A DNA stretch of 64,000 bases from a virus. Numbering within the stretch: the first letter of the stretch is position 1; the number at the start of each line of letters is the position of its first letter. Positions 46,474 to 56,782 of the stretch are shown in pieces. The translations under genes and the position numbers were made by a program. The stretch covers positions 1-64,000 of the IMG/VR virus record IMGVR_UViG_3300037468_000493, one strand, 5' to 3'. The notes under the pieces are model-generated. The model saw nothing but the letters and a program-made list of their open reading frames with translations. It made no database searches and had not been told where the DNA came from.

Positions 46474-46730
46474 TAGCCCACCCTATAACCAGTACATTGT
46501 CCAGCCGATAGCGTCACCGTTGCCGCCAATTTATCGCCAAACGTCTGTACTTGCCCTGCTGCTAGGGCATAGCCGCTGTAATTGGTGGGCAGGCCAGTGG
46601 TGCTAAATGTGCAGCCGTTAGCGCTCGCCTGGATGGCGCTGAATGGCCCCGTTGTAGAGGCTGTGGTTGTGATAGGGATTGGTGTTCCCCCGATTAATTT
46701 TTGATTGGCATTGGTGATAGTATTTTTCAC
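46473..46730 (-). CDS. Small virion protein
   Basis: Head operon context. Confidence 0.5.
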   Translation of the reverse strand: MKNTITNANQKLIGGTPIPITTTASTTGPFSAIQASANGCTFSTTGLPTNYSGYALAAGQVQTFGDKLAATVTLSAGQCTGYRVG

Positions 46731-46732
46731 AA

Positions 46733-46957
46733 CTATTTGCCCCCTTTCAACTCGCTACTCAGCTTTACAATACGATTGGTTTTGCCGTCTTGCTTGATTA
46801 CAACAGCGGGGTTTTCTTTGCTGCCATTGCGAACGATGGTAGAGTCGCCAGACTTGATTTCAACGCGCCCTGTACTCACTCGGGTAACAGTGCCAGTGCC
46901 TGTGCCAGTGCCATAATTCCAGGTAACGGTACTGCCTTTTTTAGGGGTTGCCATCAC
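46733..46957 (-). CDS. DUF2945 (Tudor-like) protein
   Basis: KKGSTVTWNYGTGTGTGTV...RNGSKENPAVVIKQD. Confidence 0.75.
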   Translation of the reverse strand: MMATPKKGSTVTWNYGTGTGTGTVTRVSTGRVEIKSGDSTIVRNGSKENPAVVIKQDGKTNRIVKLSSELKGGK

Positions 46958-47283
46958 TTTTTCTCCTGCCGCTTTACGAAGGCTGCCGCCGACTTGATCG
47001 CAGCCTTGCCACCCCAGCCCATGACGGCTTGGATAGCCTTGGAGTCAGCGGCAGTCTTGCCCTGGGCGGCGGCTTTATCAGCGGCGGGGATATGGCGGGC
47101 AAATGCAGCAACACGCTTAGCAGTCTCTAGTGTCATCGGTTCCCCGCTGGCGAATTGAGCGGCGCGCTTAACCCCGGTGGGCGTCATGGCGCGGCGGCTA
47201 GGCGGTAGCTCTTGCCGTAGCTCCAGCACACGCTTTGCCTGGGTCTGTGCTGATTTTGGGGGTATCCATTTCGGGGTTGTCAT
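46954..47283 (-). CDS. Basic phage head-region protein
   Basis: GVKRAAQFASGEPMTLETAKRVAAFARH...GWGG. Confidence 0.65.
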   Translation of the reverse strand: MTTPKWIPPKSAQTQAKRVLELRQELPPSRRAMTPTGVKRAAQFASGEPMTLETAKRVAAFARHIPAADKAAAQGKTAADSKAIQAVMGWGGKAAIKSAAAFVKRQEKK

Positions 47284-47285
47284 CG

Positions 47286-47690
47286 CTATTCCTCTGGGCT
47301 GGTGTAAATTTCCTCAGCCTCGCTTTGCCCGTACTCGGCAACCAGGATAGGTAGCACCGCTTCATCCCAGCCGCTAACAGGACGGGCAATGCCGTGGCCT
47401 TCTGCGATCGCTTTCAGGGTACGCCAGTTGCCATCCTCGGCTAGTCCCTGGAGCTCGGATAAGCGGGCATCAATGGAGGGCCGGTCTACTTGCCTTTGGG
47501 TGGTTTCTTCGGCTTGCCCTTGGGCTTCATTGGCTTCATTTTGTATGGCATCGTTGTCAATGGGTAAAGGGGTAAGGGCAGGGGTGGCAGCATCTTCCCA
47601 CGGTGCATCTACACCAGGGCGATAGTCTGATTGATTAATGATCAGCCGATGGCCGCCGCGATTGATTTCAATGGTGGGAAGAGTCGCCAT
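47286..47690 (-). CDS. Hypothetical head-region protein
   Basis: IINQSDY motif; operon context. Confidence 0.6.
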   Translation of the reverse strand: MATLPTIEINRGGHRLIINQSDYRPGVDAPWEDAATPALTPLPIDNDAIQNEANEAQGQAEETTQRQVDRPSIDARLSELQGLAEDGNWRTLKAIAEGHGIARPVSGWDEAVLPILVAEYGQSEAEEIYTSPEE

Positions 47691-47692
47691 AA

Positions 47693-48091
47693 TTATGCCG
47701 CGTGAGTAATTGCACCAGAAATCGCCAGTTGCCCGGATTGCATCACCAGCACCAGGTGGCTAGTCAATGCCCCAGATTCGGTAATGCTGATGTCCGCCCT
47801 ACCGCTGGAGTTGGTCACTAGGTAACCTGCCAGTTTGGCCACTGAGGATATTAGCAAACCCCTGGAGTTAGCGATCGCCACGGCTCCACTAGCCGCGTGA
47901 CCGATGGTTAATCCAGTAGCCGCCCCTGCAATGTACCAAGGCACCATTACTGATTTAGTCAGCGGGGTGCCTTCGCGGTCGAGGAGCTGGATTTCGGTGA
48001 TGATTGCATTAGTAGCTTCAGCGCCTACGGTGAACTGTGCCCCATAGGGTTGGGCCTCAAGTTCTGCCCAGTTTGTGATTAGTTCAGTCAT
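47693..48091 (-). CDS. Putative head decoration protein
   Basis: Immediately after the major capsid gene; beta-rich. Confidence 0.5.
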   Translation of the reverse strand: MTELITNWAELEAQPYGAQFTVGAEATNAIITEIQLLDREGTPLTKSVMVPWYIAGAATGLTIGHAASGAVAIANSRGLLISSVAKLAGYLVTNSSGRADISITESGALTSHLVLVMQSGQLAISGAITHAA

Positions 48092-48148
48092 TGGTTTTCA
48101 CCAGATAAAGGATAGGGGCCATTGCTGACCCCATCAAACTAAGCAGGT

Positions 48149-49294
48149 TTAGCCAGCGATCCGCACCGCCAATTGAGGACGGACGGCTCGAACCCCGTAT
48201 AGACAATCAATCGAAAACACAGTGCGCTTCCATTCCCGTTGGATTTCAAAACGCATTGCCAGTCCCGACACATCATCCACTAAGGGCTGAATGAGTGAGC
48301 CTGGAGTTTCCAAGTCCATCATCGGTCGGCTGGCAAACGCAAACGCCTCCCGATGAAAGGCTAGGTTTGTCGTATGAGATGCAACAAACGTCACCACAGC
48401 ACCATCAGTCACGTTAGCCGCCAGTGCAGGGCTAATGCCCACGGTGGTTTCGTTCGCGGTTGGCGCATCGGCGGTCACGCTGGTGACTACATACTGCTGG
48501 GTATTGCCTGCAATCGTGAACACATCGCCCACCACAGGCAGGGTAGCTAGGTCAGCCCCAGAGGCGTTGTCCAGCACCAGGGAGACGGCCCCGGCGGTAG
48601 CGTTAGCGTCGATCGCAGCCGTCGCGGGAGCCCCCAGTGTATGGGTCGGAACTTGCTGGTCTTGATACCAGTCAAAGCCCAGGGCTCGGGTAATGGTGCC
48701 ATCACGCAGCGCTTCAGAATCGCCAGATTCGTTGACCTTCTGCAACACCGAAAGGCCGAGGGCGTTGGCATAGCCAAATGGGTCTAGCACCATGCGCCGC
48801 TCGTCCATGGGGGCCAAGGCACTGTTGAGGACTCGGGCAGCTTGCTGTGCCTCTAGGGTGGAGGTACCGAAGGGGTTAACGCCAGCGGTGCCCACAACGT
48901 TGTAGACCTCTTTGTAGAGAGCAAAGATTTCAGAGTTGATCTTATTGGCCAGGGCCTTAACAGCTTTCTCAATGGCTCGGGGCCGGGTGCCTTCTTGCAC
49001 CTCTTTGATTTCCTTGTCAGTCATCACAAAAGTAGCAGCCTGGAATTTGTTTAGGACTAGCTGCTTTTTGGTGCTGGCCACATCAGAGATGATGTTGCTC
49101 GCTGGGGTAGCGCCGGGGGTGACATCAAACGCCGTCATATCGTTAAGGTCGTTAATGTCAATGGTGCTGCCCTGGGCGGCTGCATCGGAACTGTAGTTAT
49201 TGTTGACCAGGTTGGGGAGCACACAAGTTTCTCGCAATACTGAAAGGATATTGGCGAGAATTTGAGGCGTTAAATTTTCGATTGCGTTAGCCAT
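48149..49294 (-). CDS. Major capsid protein (P22-coat-like HK97 fold with insertion)
   Basis: QGSTIDI, ALANKIN, GFDWYQDQQVP, NLAFHREAFAFASRP, SIDCLYGV..VRPQLAVRI. Confidence 0.9.
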   Translation of the reverse strand: MANAIENLTPQILANILSVLRETCVLPNLVNNNYSSDAAAQGSTIDINDLNDMTAFDVTPGATPASNIISDVASTKKQLVLNKFQAATFVMTDKEIKEVQEGTRPRAIEKAVKALANKINSEIFALYKEVYNVVGTAGVNPFGTSTLEAQQAARVLNSALAPMDERRMVLDPFGYANALGLSVLQKVNESGDSEALRDGTITRALGFDWYQDQQVPTHTLGAPATAAIDANATAGAVSLVLDNASGADLATLPVVGDVFTIAGNTQQYVVTSVTADAPTANETTVGISPALAANVTDGAVVTFVASHTTNLAFHREAFAFASRPMMDLETPGSLIQPLVDDVSGLAMRFEIQREWKRTVFSIDCLYGVRAVRPQLAVRIAG

Positions 49295-49461
49295 GATCGT
49301 TCCACATTGAATAGGGCAAAGAGGTTTGTAGCGTCTCTACCTGCATCGCAGTGGATACCCATCGGGCGTCCGGCGCTGAAAAAGGGGTGATGGTCATCGA
49401 CCATCACCCCCCAATAGTACCCAATTTTTCGCAGTTGTGCTAAGGGATTACCGCAAGAGTA

Positions 49462-50337
49462 TCATGGGCGAATGTTAACGCGCTGCTTCCCGCTTGCGAT
49501 CGCCTTGAGTTCTGCCGGGGACATGCTGCCCATATTGGTCAGGTCGTCCCGCGACATGATTATGTCACCGCCTCGGCCATTGCCTCCGACCACGCCAGCG
49601 CCCGAGGATTTGTTGTAGGCGGCGACCATAGTCTGCAAGACAGATCCATACCGGCCTTGTTGTATTTGGCGGATAAAGTCTCGCAAGTCGGCCTTCTTCA
49701 CCTCGCCTGGTGCACTGGGATCATCGACAAAACCCAGGGGCTTTCCATCGGGGCCAGTGATCGACTTCACCTCAGACCGATAGCTCACCACAGTCTCGCC
49801 ACGCATGACAGGTATGTAGTCAAAGTCGACGTGGGACGTGATAAAAGATTCAAACATACCGGACTCTGCCTCATTGGCGGGTGAGAATCCAGCCTGCTGG
49901 CCGATGGCAGTAATGGTCTGCGATCGGGCTGTTTCCTGAAGGCTTTGGGTGAGTAGGTTGATCCGTTGGTCGTAGGCCTGTTTCAATTCAGCCTTTTCCC
50001 GCTCCGTCTGCAATCGCACTTCAGCTTCTTTTTTTTGCCGTTGCTCTTCCTCAACCTCTTGCCGCTCCAACTGAGCTAACTTTTGGCGCAATTCGGCAGG
50101 GTCAGCACCACCCAAAAGTTCATCAAATAAATCTGCCTTCTTAGCCTTACTCTTGAGATCTTGATTATCTGCCTTGATTCGTTCAAGGGCAGATTTCAGC
50201 GCAGCCACGTCGCTAGCTGGAATCATCCCAGACTCATCAGGGATATCGCGGATTCCTACAGAATCATTGGAAGGGATCACTGTACTGGCATCGCCAGCCG
50301 CCGCCACGTCGGGGGCGTTTGTGAGGTCATCAGCCAT
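49462..50337 (-). CDS. Capsid scaffolding protein
   Basis: Acidic N-terminus, coiled coil, SSGAGVVGG; precedes the capsid gene. Confidence 0.75.
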   Translation of the reverse strand: MADDLTNAPDVAAAGDASTVIPSNDSVGIRDIPDESGMIPASDVAALKSALERIKADNQDLKSKAKKADLFDELLGGADPAELRQKLAQLERQEVEEEQRQKKEAEVRLQTEREKAELKQAYDQRINLLTQSLQETARSQTITAIGQQAGFSPANEAESGMFESFITSHVDFDYIPVMRGETVVSYRSEVKSITGPDGKPLGFVDDPSAPGEVKKADLRDFIRQIQQGRYGSVLQTMVAAYNKSSGAGVVGGNGRGGDIIMSRDDLTNMGSMSPAELKAIASGKQRVNIRP

Positions 50338-50369
50338 TTGGAATACTCGTAATCGGTACGACTACAAGT

Positions 50370-51197
50370 TTAGCCGATAGGTAGGCGATCGCTCAAAGTA
50401 GCCATGCGATACTCAACCCGACAACGGCAACGGCCCCTACACCGGCAGGCCACACCCACCGGGGTTACCTCCGCAGCCGGTATCCAATCAGGACGGGCAA
50501 GGCCAGGACAGTCGGGGCAGTGGTCGGCGGCAGGGTCAAGCATTCGTCTCGCCATCCACCGACCATCGAGGTGGCTTTGGTGCTGGGCATCAAAGAAACT
50601 GGCCCCAGCGCTGTAGCCATACCGCCCCGCCCGGTATCGTGCCATCTTCTCTGATATCTCGCCGTCGGCAATACCCTGGGCCAGATTAGCTAGTCCATCA
50701 AGGTCCGCCACTATCTGCCGTCGCAATCGTTCTAGATGTTCTGGGGTGAGCTGCCCCGCTGTACCGGCCCCGGACTGGGCCATCCGAAAATGCGATCGCA
50801 CAATATCCCGGCCCATGGCCCGTTGCCATTGCTCCAGGCTCACGTCTCCGGCCACCATGCGATCGGTGAGTCGTTGCATCCGGGCTTGGTTCTGGGCCTG
50901 TTCTGTCAGTACCCGGCGTTGGAGGTCTGTGGTCGTCAGCGGCGATCGCCCTTGGTAGTATCGCCCATCCCGCGCACTGTAGGCCAAGCCCCTGGGGGTG
51001 AAGTTAGGGATCAGGGCCAGCAGTAGGGCCGCCACCAATAGCTCCTCAAGGGCGTTGCTGGATTCCCGGTTGGATTCATCAATGAGGGTTTGCAGTTCAG
51101 CCGTATCGTAAGGCGGCTCAAGGGCGTCTGTCCCTACCAGTGCCTCAAGTTCGGCTAGGGGGTAGGCAGTGCCGTTGATAGTGAGGGTTTCTACCAT
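50370..51197 (-). CDS. Head morphogenesis (MuF-like) protein
   Basis: C-terminal HCPDC...CRCRGRCRC. Confidence 0.7.
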   Translation of the reverse strand: MVETLTINGTAYPLAELEALVGTDALEPPYDTAELQTLIDESNRESSNALEELLVAALLLALIPNFTPRGLAYSARDGRYYQGRSPLTTTDLQRRVLTEQAQNQARMQRLTDRMVAGDVSLEQWQRAMGRDIVRSHFRMAQSGAGTAGQLTPEHLERLRRQIVADLDGLANLAQGIADGEISEKMARYRAGRYGYSAGASFFDAQHQSHLDGRWMARRMLDPAADHCPDCPGLARPDWIPAAEVTPVGVACRCRGRCRCRVEYRMATLSDRLPIG

Positions 51198-51257
51198 GGG
51201 CCTCAAGGAAAAACGGGAAGCCCCTCGGGTGAGGGGCGGGGGTTAGGTGAGGGTGGT

Positions 51258-51497
51258 TTAGGCTGCTTTTGCAGTCCTAATTGTCAAGCTTCTGTGATGC
51301 CAGTCTGCGCTTACTGCACCTTCACTGGCAAGCCACTTAGCTGATTTAAGTGCGTTTTCCCTGCCCTTAGTTTTGGCTGGGAAGAATTTTTGAACACCTC
51401 CGTCAGCGATGCCCCGTCCATTTTTGATTTGGATGGTGCCAATTTTTATCCATTCGCCACTGGCGGATTGTGCAGCGATTTGAAAAGTAGTAGCCAT
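51258..51497 (-). CDS. Small cassette-borne basic protein
   Basis: Own promoter, GGGAGG RBS and downstream hairpin. Confidence 0.7.
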   Translation of the reverse strand: MATTFQIAAQSASGEWIKIGTIQIKNGRGIADGGVQKFFPAKTKGRENALKSAKWLASEGAVSADWHHRSLTIRTAKAA

Positions 51498-51559
51498 GTA
51501 AGTGCCCTCCCAGGCGGTGGTATGTATCCACTATAACCCACACCTTTTGTGACTGTCAA
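51495..51559 (-). promoter_or_regulatory. Cassette promoter/leader C
   Basis: TTGACA-GTCACAAAAGGTGTGGGT-TATAGT...CATACCACCGC. Confidence 0.8.
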
Positions 51560-51614
51560 CCATCATTCTGTACTACTTTGGACTGGTACTGGTGAAGGCC
51601 ATAGCCTTGATCCC

Positions 51615-52031
51615 CTAAAACAAAATATTCCCGCCCTCGGTCACCGCCCCCAACACATCCTGCGGGTCGATCAAGTCTTTCAGCTTGGCCTTAAGTGCTG
51701 CCAGCTTATTGGTGTAGGCGGTACTCTCCTGCACCCCAGAGGGCGATCGAGTAATAGACAACTCCCCGGGGATCGACACACTGGAAATACCATCGTTGGC
51801 CGTCAACCCCAGGTCTAAATCTTCATCGGGGTCTCCGTACAGGGCCACCTGTAGCGCCTCAATCCGTTCCAGCAACCGCTGCACTTGGGCCACCACGGCG
51901 TCGCCATACTGCGCATCAAAAACTTCAACATCGCGTAACAACGTTTGGAGCCGGGATGACTCAGTACGCTGGTGTCGCTCCAGGTTCAAGGCTTCGGCGA
52001 TGGCAATACGGTTCGCGGTGGTGAATGGCAT
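51615..52031 (-). CDS. Putative head-tail adaptor
   Basis: Follows the portal gene; helical. Confidence 0.55.
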   Translation of the reverse strand: MPFTTANRIAIAEALNLERHQRTESSRLQTLLRDVEVFDAQYGDAVVAQVQRLLERIEALQVALYGDPDEDLDLGLTANDGISSVSIPGELSITRSPSGVQESTAYTNKLAALKAKLKDLIDPQDVLGAVTEGGNILF

Positions 52032-53557
52032 TACTGCACCCCCATGGTAGGTTGGCCAGGTGTAGCCGCAGATAGCCCCAGTGTACCACCAACCAACGGC
52101 TCACCCTGGCCTGCTACCGCTTCCATCTCTTCAGTATAAACGCCCAATTCTTTGCGTTTCACATCGTATTCAGCTTTGTTCAAAGCCCCTGCCAAGAACT
52201 CAGACTGCCAGAACATCAACTCTTGGGCCGTCGGCGGGGTTGATAGCACTGATTCAGATATTGTGATGCCACCCACAGGATTTTCAGGGCTCCAGTCAGG
52301 GTTGCTGAATCGTTCCCACAGGTCAAAAACTGACTGCACTGCTGATTCCTTACGGCGAGCAATATTGCGCAGACCTAACCGGGATTGGATAGTTTCGATC
52401 TCAGCCTCGGTCGCAGTTCTGGCGACCGTGCCATTGCTCAAAAAAGCCTGGGCCATATCATCCATCGCCGCTAACCGATCCCGTTGCCCTTCCCGAGTGG
52501 AGGCGATCGCAGTGCCCGCAGGCTCCAGCAGGTTGAGCGATGCCCCACCCGCTAACGTAATCACCCGACCACTCCCGGCTAGGTCTGGTTCCTTCTCCGG
52601 GGCCGCGCCAGGGTACGTTTTCACCAGCATGGCGTAGTTGCAACGGTCTTCAGCCGTGTTTAGGCTGCTGTGCTTGTTAAAAAACTCTAGGTTGAAATCA
52701 ACCAGGGGCATATACTCAGGAGTCCCGCCCCGGTCATTGTCATTGTCCACGCCAGCAAATAACAGCGGATCCCCATAGGGCGAATACCATACCAATGGCA
52801 CTCGGGCCAGGGGACGGCCAGCAGCGTCAAAGATGGGGCTAGGAGGCTTAGTCTGCATCAACTCACTGCCCAGCCCCTTTGCAGCCCTGGGAACATCTTC
52901 CCATTCTTCGTACAGGCATTGGTAGCGCTGTTCAGCCCCACCGGGTAGCCGGATAGGGGTGCCTAGCTGCTCCAGCGAAAATACCCAATACCGATTTCGC
53001 ACGGTGTAGCCAAACCGGCCCTCTGGCACCGACACAGACCGCCGGATACTGATTAGCGATATCTCTAAATGGCCGTTAACCAGCATGGTCTGCGGGGCAC
53101 ACACATCCCGCAAGTTGATCGGGATAAACCGGGGTCGTCGTGTCTGGCGTTGCTCGTCGCTGCTCTCCGCTTGTGGAGTATCGACCAGGCCCAGAACGCC
53201 GTTATAAAGCAAGGCCTCAATGTCCCAGTCCAACAATACTGACTCCAGACTATTCCCCTGGCCGTCGAAGTCGTCTCGGGCATCTAGCACCGTCTGGGGT
53301 ACATCGTCATCGAGGACAAATTCACTGAGCAAACCAGAGTGTGCCTTGACGGCGGGACTAAGTTTATTGGCAAAGGCCACTGATTCGATCCGGGCCTCAT
53401 AAACCTTGTCGTGTTCGCCCAACTGCTGCCGCAGGTAACGACGCTTTAATTCGTCAGTGTGAAGGCCATGGTAAACGTCCCCTAGCCGGAGCCATAGGGG
53501 GCTTAAATATGTTTGCCAATACGAGGGCCGCCAGTCTGGCGTGTCTGTTTTTGCCAT
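52031..53557 (-). CDS. Portal protein (DUF4055-like)
   Basis: YLRQQLGEHDKVYEARI, GLVDTP, RPRF, RTATEA; follows terminase. Confidence 0.85.
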   Translation of the reverse strand: MAKTDTPDWRPSYWQTYLSPLWLRLGDVYHGLHTDELKRRYLRQQLGEHDKVYEARIESVAFANKLSPAVKAHSGLLSEFVLDDDVPQTVLDARDDFDGQGNSLESVLLDWDIEALLYNGVLGLVDTPQAESSDEQRQTRRPRFIPINLRDVCAPQTMLVNGHLEISLISIRRSVSVPEGRFGYTVRNRYWVFSLEQLGTPIRLPGGAEQRYQCLYEEWEDVPRAAKGLGSELMQTKPPSPIFDAAGRPLARVPLVWYSPYGDPLLFAGVDNDNDRGGTPEYMPLVDFNLEFFNKHSSLNTAEDRCNYAMLVKTYPGAAPEKEPDLAGSGRVITLAGGASLNLLEPAGTAIASTREGQRDRLAAMDDMAQAFLSNGTVARTATEAEIETIQSRLGLRNIARRKESAVQSVFDLWERFSNPDWSPENPVGGITISESVLSTPPTAQELMFWQSEFLAGALNKAEYDVKRKELGVYTEEMEAVAGQGEPLVGGTLGLSAATPGQPTMGVQ

Positions 53558-53574
53558 GGCCGTATTCTAGCCCA

Positions 53575-55032
53575 TCACCACATCGCGGGAGCACCGAGAG
53601 AGATCCTGCCCTCGACAATAGAATCCATCACCGCAAATGCCATCGCCATCGCCATTACTCGGTCATCATGGCCTGTTTCTGCCTCCCGTTCCCGCAACGA
53701 AAATGCCTTCATTTCTCGGATGCCCTCCCAGTCGGCGGGGTAGATGGCCTCACCCCGTTCCACAGCGATCGCAATGCGGTCGGTGTTGGTCACCTTAGAT
53801 ACCCGGCTGGTGTTGATGTTCTCAAACCGGGTAAAGGGTCGGCGCTTGCTCAGGTTCTCTAGTACCACCTTCCCGCCGCTATTGCCCTCCACGGCTACAA
53901 TCTGGGGTTTGTAGCGATCGCAGTAATCCATCACAGCTACCATGCTCAACTCCACCGACCGCTGGCCCTCAGCGTACTCTGCCACCAAACTAGGGCACCC
54001 ATCAGTGATATCCCACACCTGGGCCACGAACCTATCATCGCCGCCGAAGTTGGGGTCAACTCCCATGACATACCGGTGCCCTGCTGCTGGCTCTGCCCAG
54101 GCTCCTATGGCCTGCCCGTCAACCGACTGCGCGTGGAACAATGCCCCGCCGGTGCTGTCGTCAAAGGATATGTTAAATTCTCGTTGGGTCTGGGCTTCGG
54201 TGATCCGTTGTTTCTCCCGAACCTCAATCAAGTAATTGTCATTCTGCCCATGCAGCGGGTGAGCCCGCCAATGGATGATCGCCTTACCCCAGCCCTGTTC
54301 ATCGACCCATTCTTGGTAGGGCTCAATCAGTTCTTCCCGCATCTGGCGGCAAATATCTAGGGCATCCACATCACCATTGTTTTCGGTGAAGGTTTCGTAG
54401 TACAACCCTGTTTTGGCGTTAGGGGTGCTCAGCAAAATAGTGTGAGCCTGGCCTTGTTGCTCCGGCACCGACTGCGCCGGAGTGCTAGCCCCAAACAGCT
54501 CCTCAAACCCCGACACAAAGGCGCACTCATCAAATAAAATATCCCAGATTGATTCCAGTCCACGCCCACTGTTCTGGCTAGCGGTGCGAAACACAATCCG
54601 CCCCCCGCCCTCCACGGCGATATCCTTCACGTTGTTGCTAGATAGCGGGATTCCGGCGCTGGCTGCCATCAACCGCACCCGTCGGGCAATGTTGGCCGTA
54701 TCGTCCTGGCCCTTACTGAATACCGCTGCAAAGTAGGTCGGATAAAGACAGGCCTTGTGCAAAAACTTACTGGCGACCATCTCAGTCAAGCCATGTTGTC
54801 GGGGCTTGACGATGACCACACCCCGGCATCGGTCTATCAGGGTGCTGATGTTTGTCTGAAAGAAGTAAGGGTCAAACGGCACCATCTGAGTTCCCGACCG
54901 AATACGGGTCAGTCGGGCAAAGCTGGGCCAGTCTCTAGGGATATGAACCAGGTGTTGCGGCACGGCCTGGAGCGATCGCCGCCGTCGCAGTTCTAGCTCT
55001 GCCCGAGCCCTGGTCGCAAGGTCAACCGCCAT
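53575..55032 (-). CDS. terL: Terminase large subunit
   Basis: KPRQHGLT, LFDECAF, LSTPN, GVDPNFGGDD, HDDRVMAMA. Confidence 0.93.
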   Translation of the reverse strand: MAVDLATRARAELELRRRRSLQAVPQHLVHIPRDWPSFARLTRIRSGTQMVPFDPYFFQTNISTLIDRCRGVVIVKPRQHGLTEMVASKFLHKACLYPTYFAAVFSKGQDDTANIARRVRLMAASAGIPLSSNNVKDIAVEGGGRIVFRTASQNSGRGLESIWDILFDECAFVSGFEELFGASTPAQSVPEQQGQAHTILLSTPNAKTGLYYETFTENNGDVDALDICRQMREELIEPYQEWVDEQGWGKAIIHWRAHPLHGQNDNYLIEVREKQRITEAQTQREFNISFDDSTGGALFHAQSVDGQAIGAWAEPAAGHRYVMGVDPNFGGDDRFVAQVWDITDGCPSLVAEYAEGQRSVELSMVAVMDYCDRYKPQIVAVEGNSGGKVVLENLSKRRPFTRFENINTSRVSKVTNTDRIAIAVERGEAIYPADWEGIREMKAFSLREREAETGHDDRVMAMAMAFAVMDSIVEGRISLGAPAMW

Positions 55033-55498
55033 TGGCTAATTTCTCCAGCGCAGAGTCCGACAGGGTGCTGATGTCGATCACTTCCTGGCGTTCGGTTGCG
55101 AGTCCTTCGGTCATGCGTTCTGCATCGATCGCCCACTTGAGCCACGCCAATGCTTCCGCAGGCTTCAGCGTAGTTGGGTCGGTGGCTTGCATCGCCAGTA
55201 TCGCCTTCTGCCCTGCCAACCTTGCGGCCTTCATGTGGCGGGTCAGCATCTCGGCGGCATCGATAATTTTCTCGACCTGGGCGGCGGTAGCCTGAACGTC
55301 AGGTACAGTCCCGGTCAGTGTACCTAGATTCTCTCTGTACCGCTTCCGCTGATCCGGCCAATCCTCTTGACTGGCACGGTTTCTAAGGCTTGAGTACGCA
55401 GGTGCTCCAGTGTACTTTGACAGCCGTTTATAGTCCAGGTCATCAGGCCCCTGAACAAACTGATCGCGCCAAATCTTCCAGTTAACTCTTGTACCCAT
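55022..55498 (-). CDS. terS: Terminase small subunit
   Basis: N-terminal HTH (LRNRASQEDW); overlaps terL. Confidence 0.75.
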   Translation of the reverse strand: MGTRVNWKIWRDQFVQGPDDLDYKRLSKYTGAPAYSSLRNRASQEDWPDQRKRYRENLGTLTGTVPDVQATAAQVEKIIDAAEMLTRHMKAARLAGQKAILAMQATDPTTLKPAEALAWLKWAIDAERMTEGLATERQEVIDISTLSDSALEKLANGG

Positions 55499-55530
55499 CG
55501 CTCAATAATAACAACCCTCCACCGCAAGCG

Positions 55531-55749
55531 TTAGGCTGGCTCAGATTGCAGTAACAGAGTCGCCCCATACCCCGGCCCCAATACCACATCAGCGATCGCG
55601 GCCTTTAGCTCCGGGGACATGGCCTTGGGCAAGGCTTCGGCTATGGCTTCTGAGGTGGCTTCGCCTTTGTAGTTATCCGAGAAATCAGAGGCCCAGTCAA
55701 AGGCATCGTCAGATAGTTCGCCGTTTACCAGCCAATTTGAATAGTCCAT
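55531..55749 (-). CDS. Small acidic protein
   Basis: ORF track with RBS. Confidence 0.55.
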   Translation of the reverse strand: MDYSNWLVNGELSDDAFDWASDFSDNYKGEATSEAIAEALPKAMSPELKAAIADVVLGPGYGATLLLQSEPA

Positions 55750-55856
55750 GGTTTACCTGCTTCTCCTACCTTCTGCGATTCCGACTCTCAAGGCGTCTCT
55801 AGTGGATGATGCGTGGGCCTATAGTACAAGGTGAGGGATTGCTTGTCTGGCATATG

Positions 55857-56693
55857 TTACCTAATCGTCAGCATATACCTTGCGCTAGTCAGTCCGGGTG
55901 GGGTTACGCCCTGCTTTGCGTTAGTTTTGTCCCGATCTGTAGCCCCTGCCCTGAGATCATATTTGTTGTCGGACGATCCACTAACTAACCACTTATTGAA
56001 TTGAGCGGGTGTAACCCTATCCCCTATCGCAGACCTTAGTTCATGGATGGGGATGCTATCGCCCGGTTTTTTGCCAGCAAGTCGGCTAGAAATGGCCCGA
56101 TTAAATCCTGCCTGAGAATTAATAACCTCCCCGCTTTTAGTGCCTCTCCGAGCCTCTACAGCAGATTGCACCCTATTAGTCCCAGCGGAAGCTAAAGGCT
56201 TGATGCTGCTCCTCGTAAGGCCGCCCATATTAAAATCGGCTCTGCTATTAGCGTAGGAAAGATTTTTTTCAGATCCGAATTGAACTTTGTCATTTTGCAT
56301 CGCTTGCCGTAACTGGCTGCTAAATTTAGCATCTGTAAGCCCAGGGTGCTCAGATTGCATCCTGGCTTTCAAGTCGGCGATGGTTATAGGGGTGGTGCTT
56401 GCGACTCCCTGAGGAACCTGCTCTAGGCGTATTTGTTCAATATGCTGGAGCGCTAAATCTTCAAAATCTGCCTGGCTTTTAATATCGCCCAATGGGGATG
56501 CAGACGGATTCGCTTTCTCGGCCCCATCCATCACACCGCCACCACCGCCACCGCCGCCACCGCCGCCCTTCTGGCTAGCATGGTTCCCTGCCTTTACAGC
56601 GGCCCCGCCGTTGCCTGTCTGTCGATGGCCTATAAGTATGGCAATATCGCCGTTACCATCTTGGCAATGGTTGGTGCGGGTTGCGTTAGTCAT
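55857..56693 (-). CDS. Poly-Gly linker protein with two winged-helix-like repeats
   Basis: PITIADLKARM...KFSSQL and IPIHELRSAIGDRVTPAQFNKWL; cassette promoter upstream. Confidence 0.55.
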   Translation of the reverse strand: MTNATRTNHCQDGNGDIAILIGHRQTGNGGAAVKAGNHASQKGGGGGGGGGGGVMDGAEKANPSASPLGDIKSQADFEDLALQHIEQIRLEQVPQGVASTTPITIADLKARMQSEHPGLTDAKFSSQLRQAMQNDKVQFGSEKNLSYANSRADFNMGGLTRSSIKPLASAGTNRVQSAVEARRGTKSGEVINSQAGFNRAISSRLAGKKPGDSIPIHELRSAIGDRVTPAQFNKWLVSGSSDNKYDLRAGATDRDKTNAKQGVTPPGLTSARYMLTIR

Positions 56694-56755
56694 CGGTCGG
56701 TTCCTCTCTTGCGGTGTATGTACCTACTATAACCCACACCTTTTGCAACTGTCAA
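56691..56755 (-). promoter_or_regulatory. Cassette promoter/leader D
   Basis: TTGACA-GTTGCAAAAGGTGTGGGT-TATAGT...CATACACCGCAAGAGAGG. Confidence 0.8.
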
Positions 56756-56782
56756 CTCCACTCAGAAATCTTTTGGCCATCG

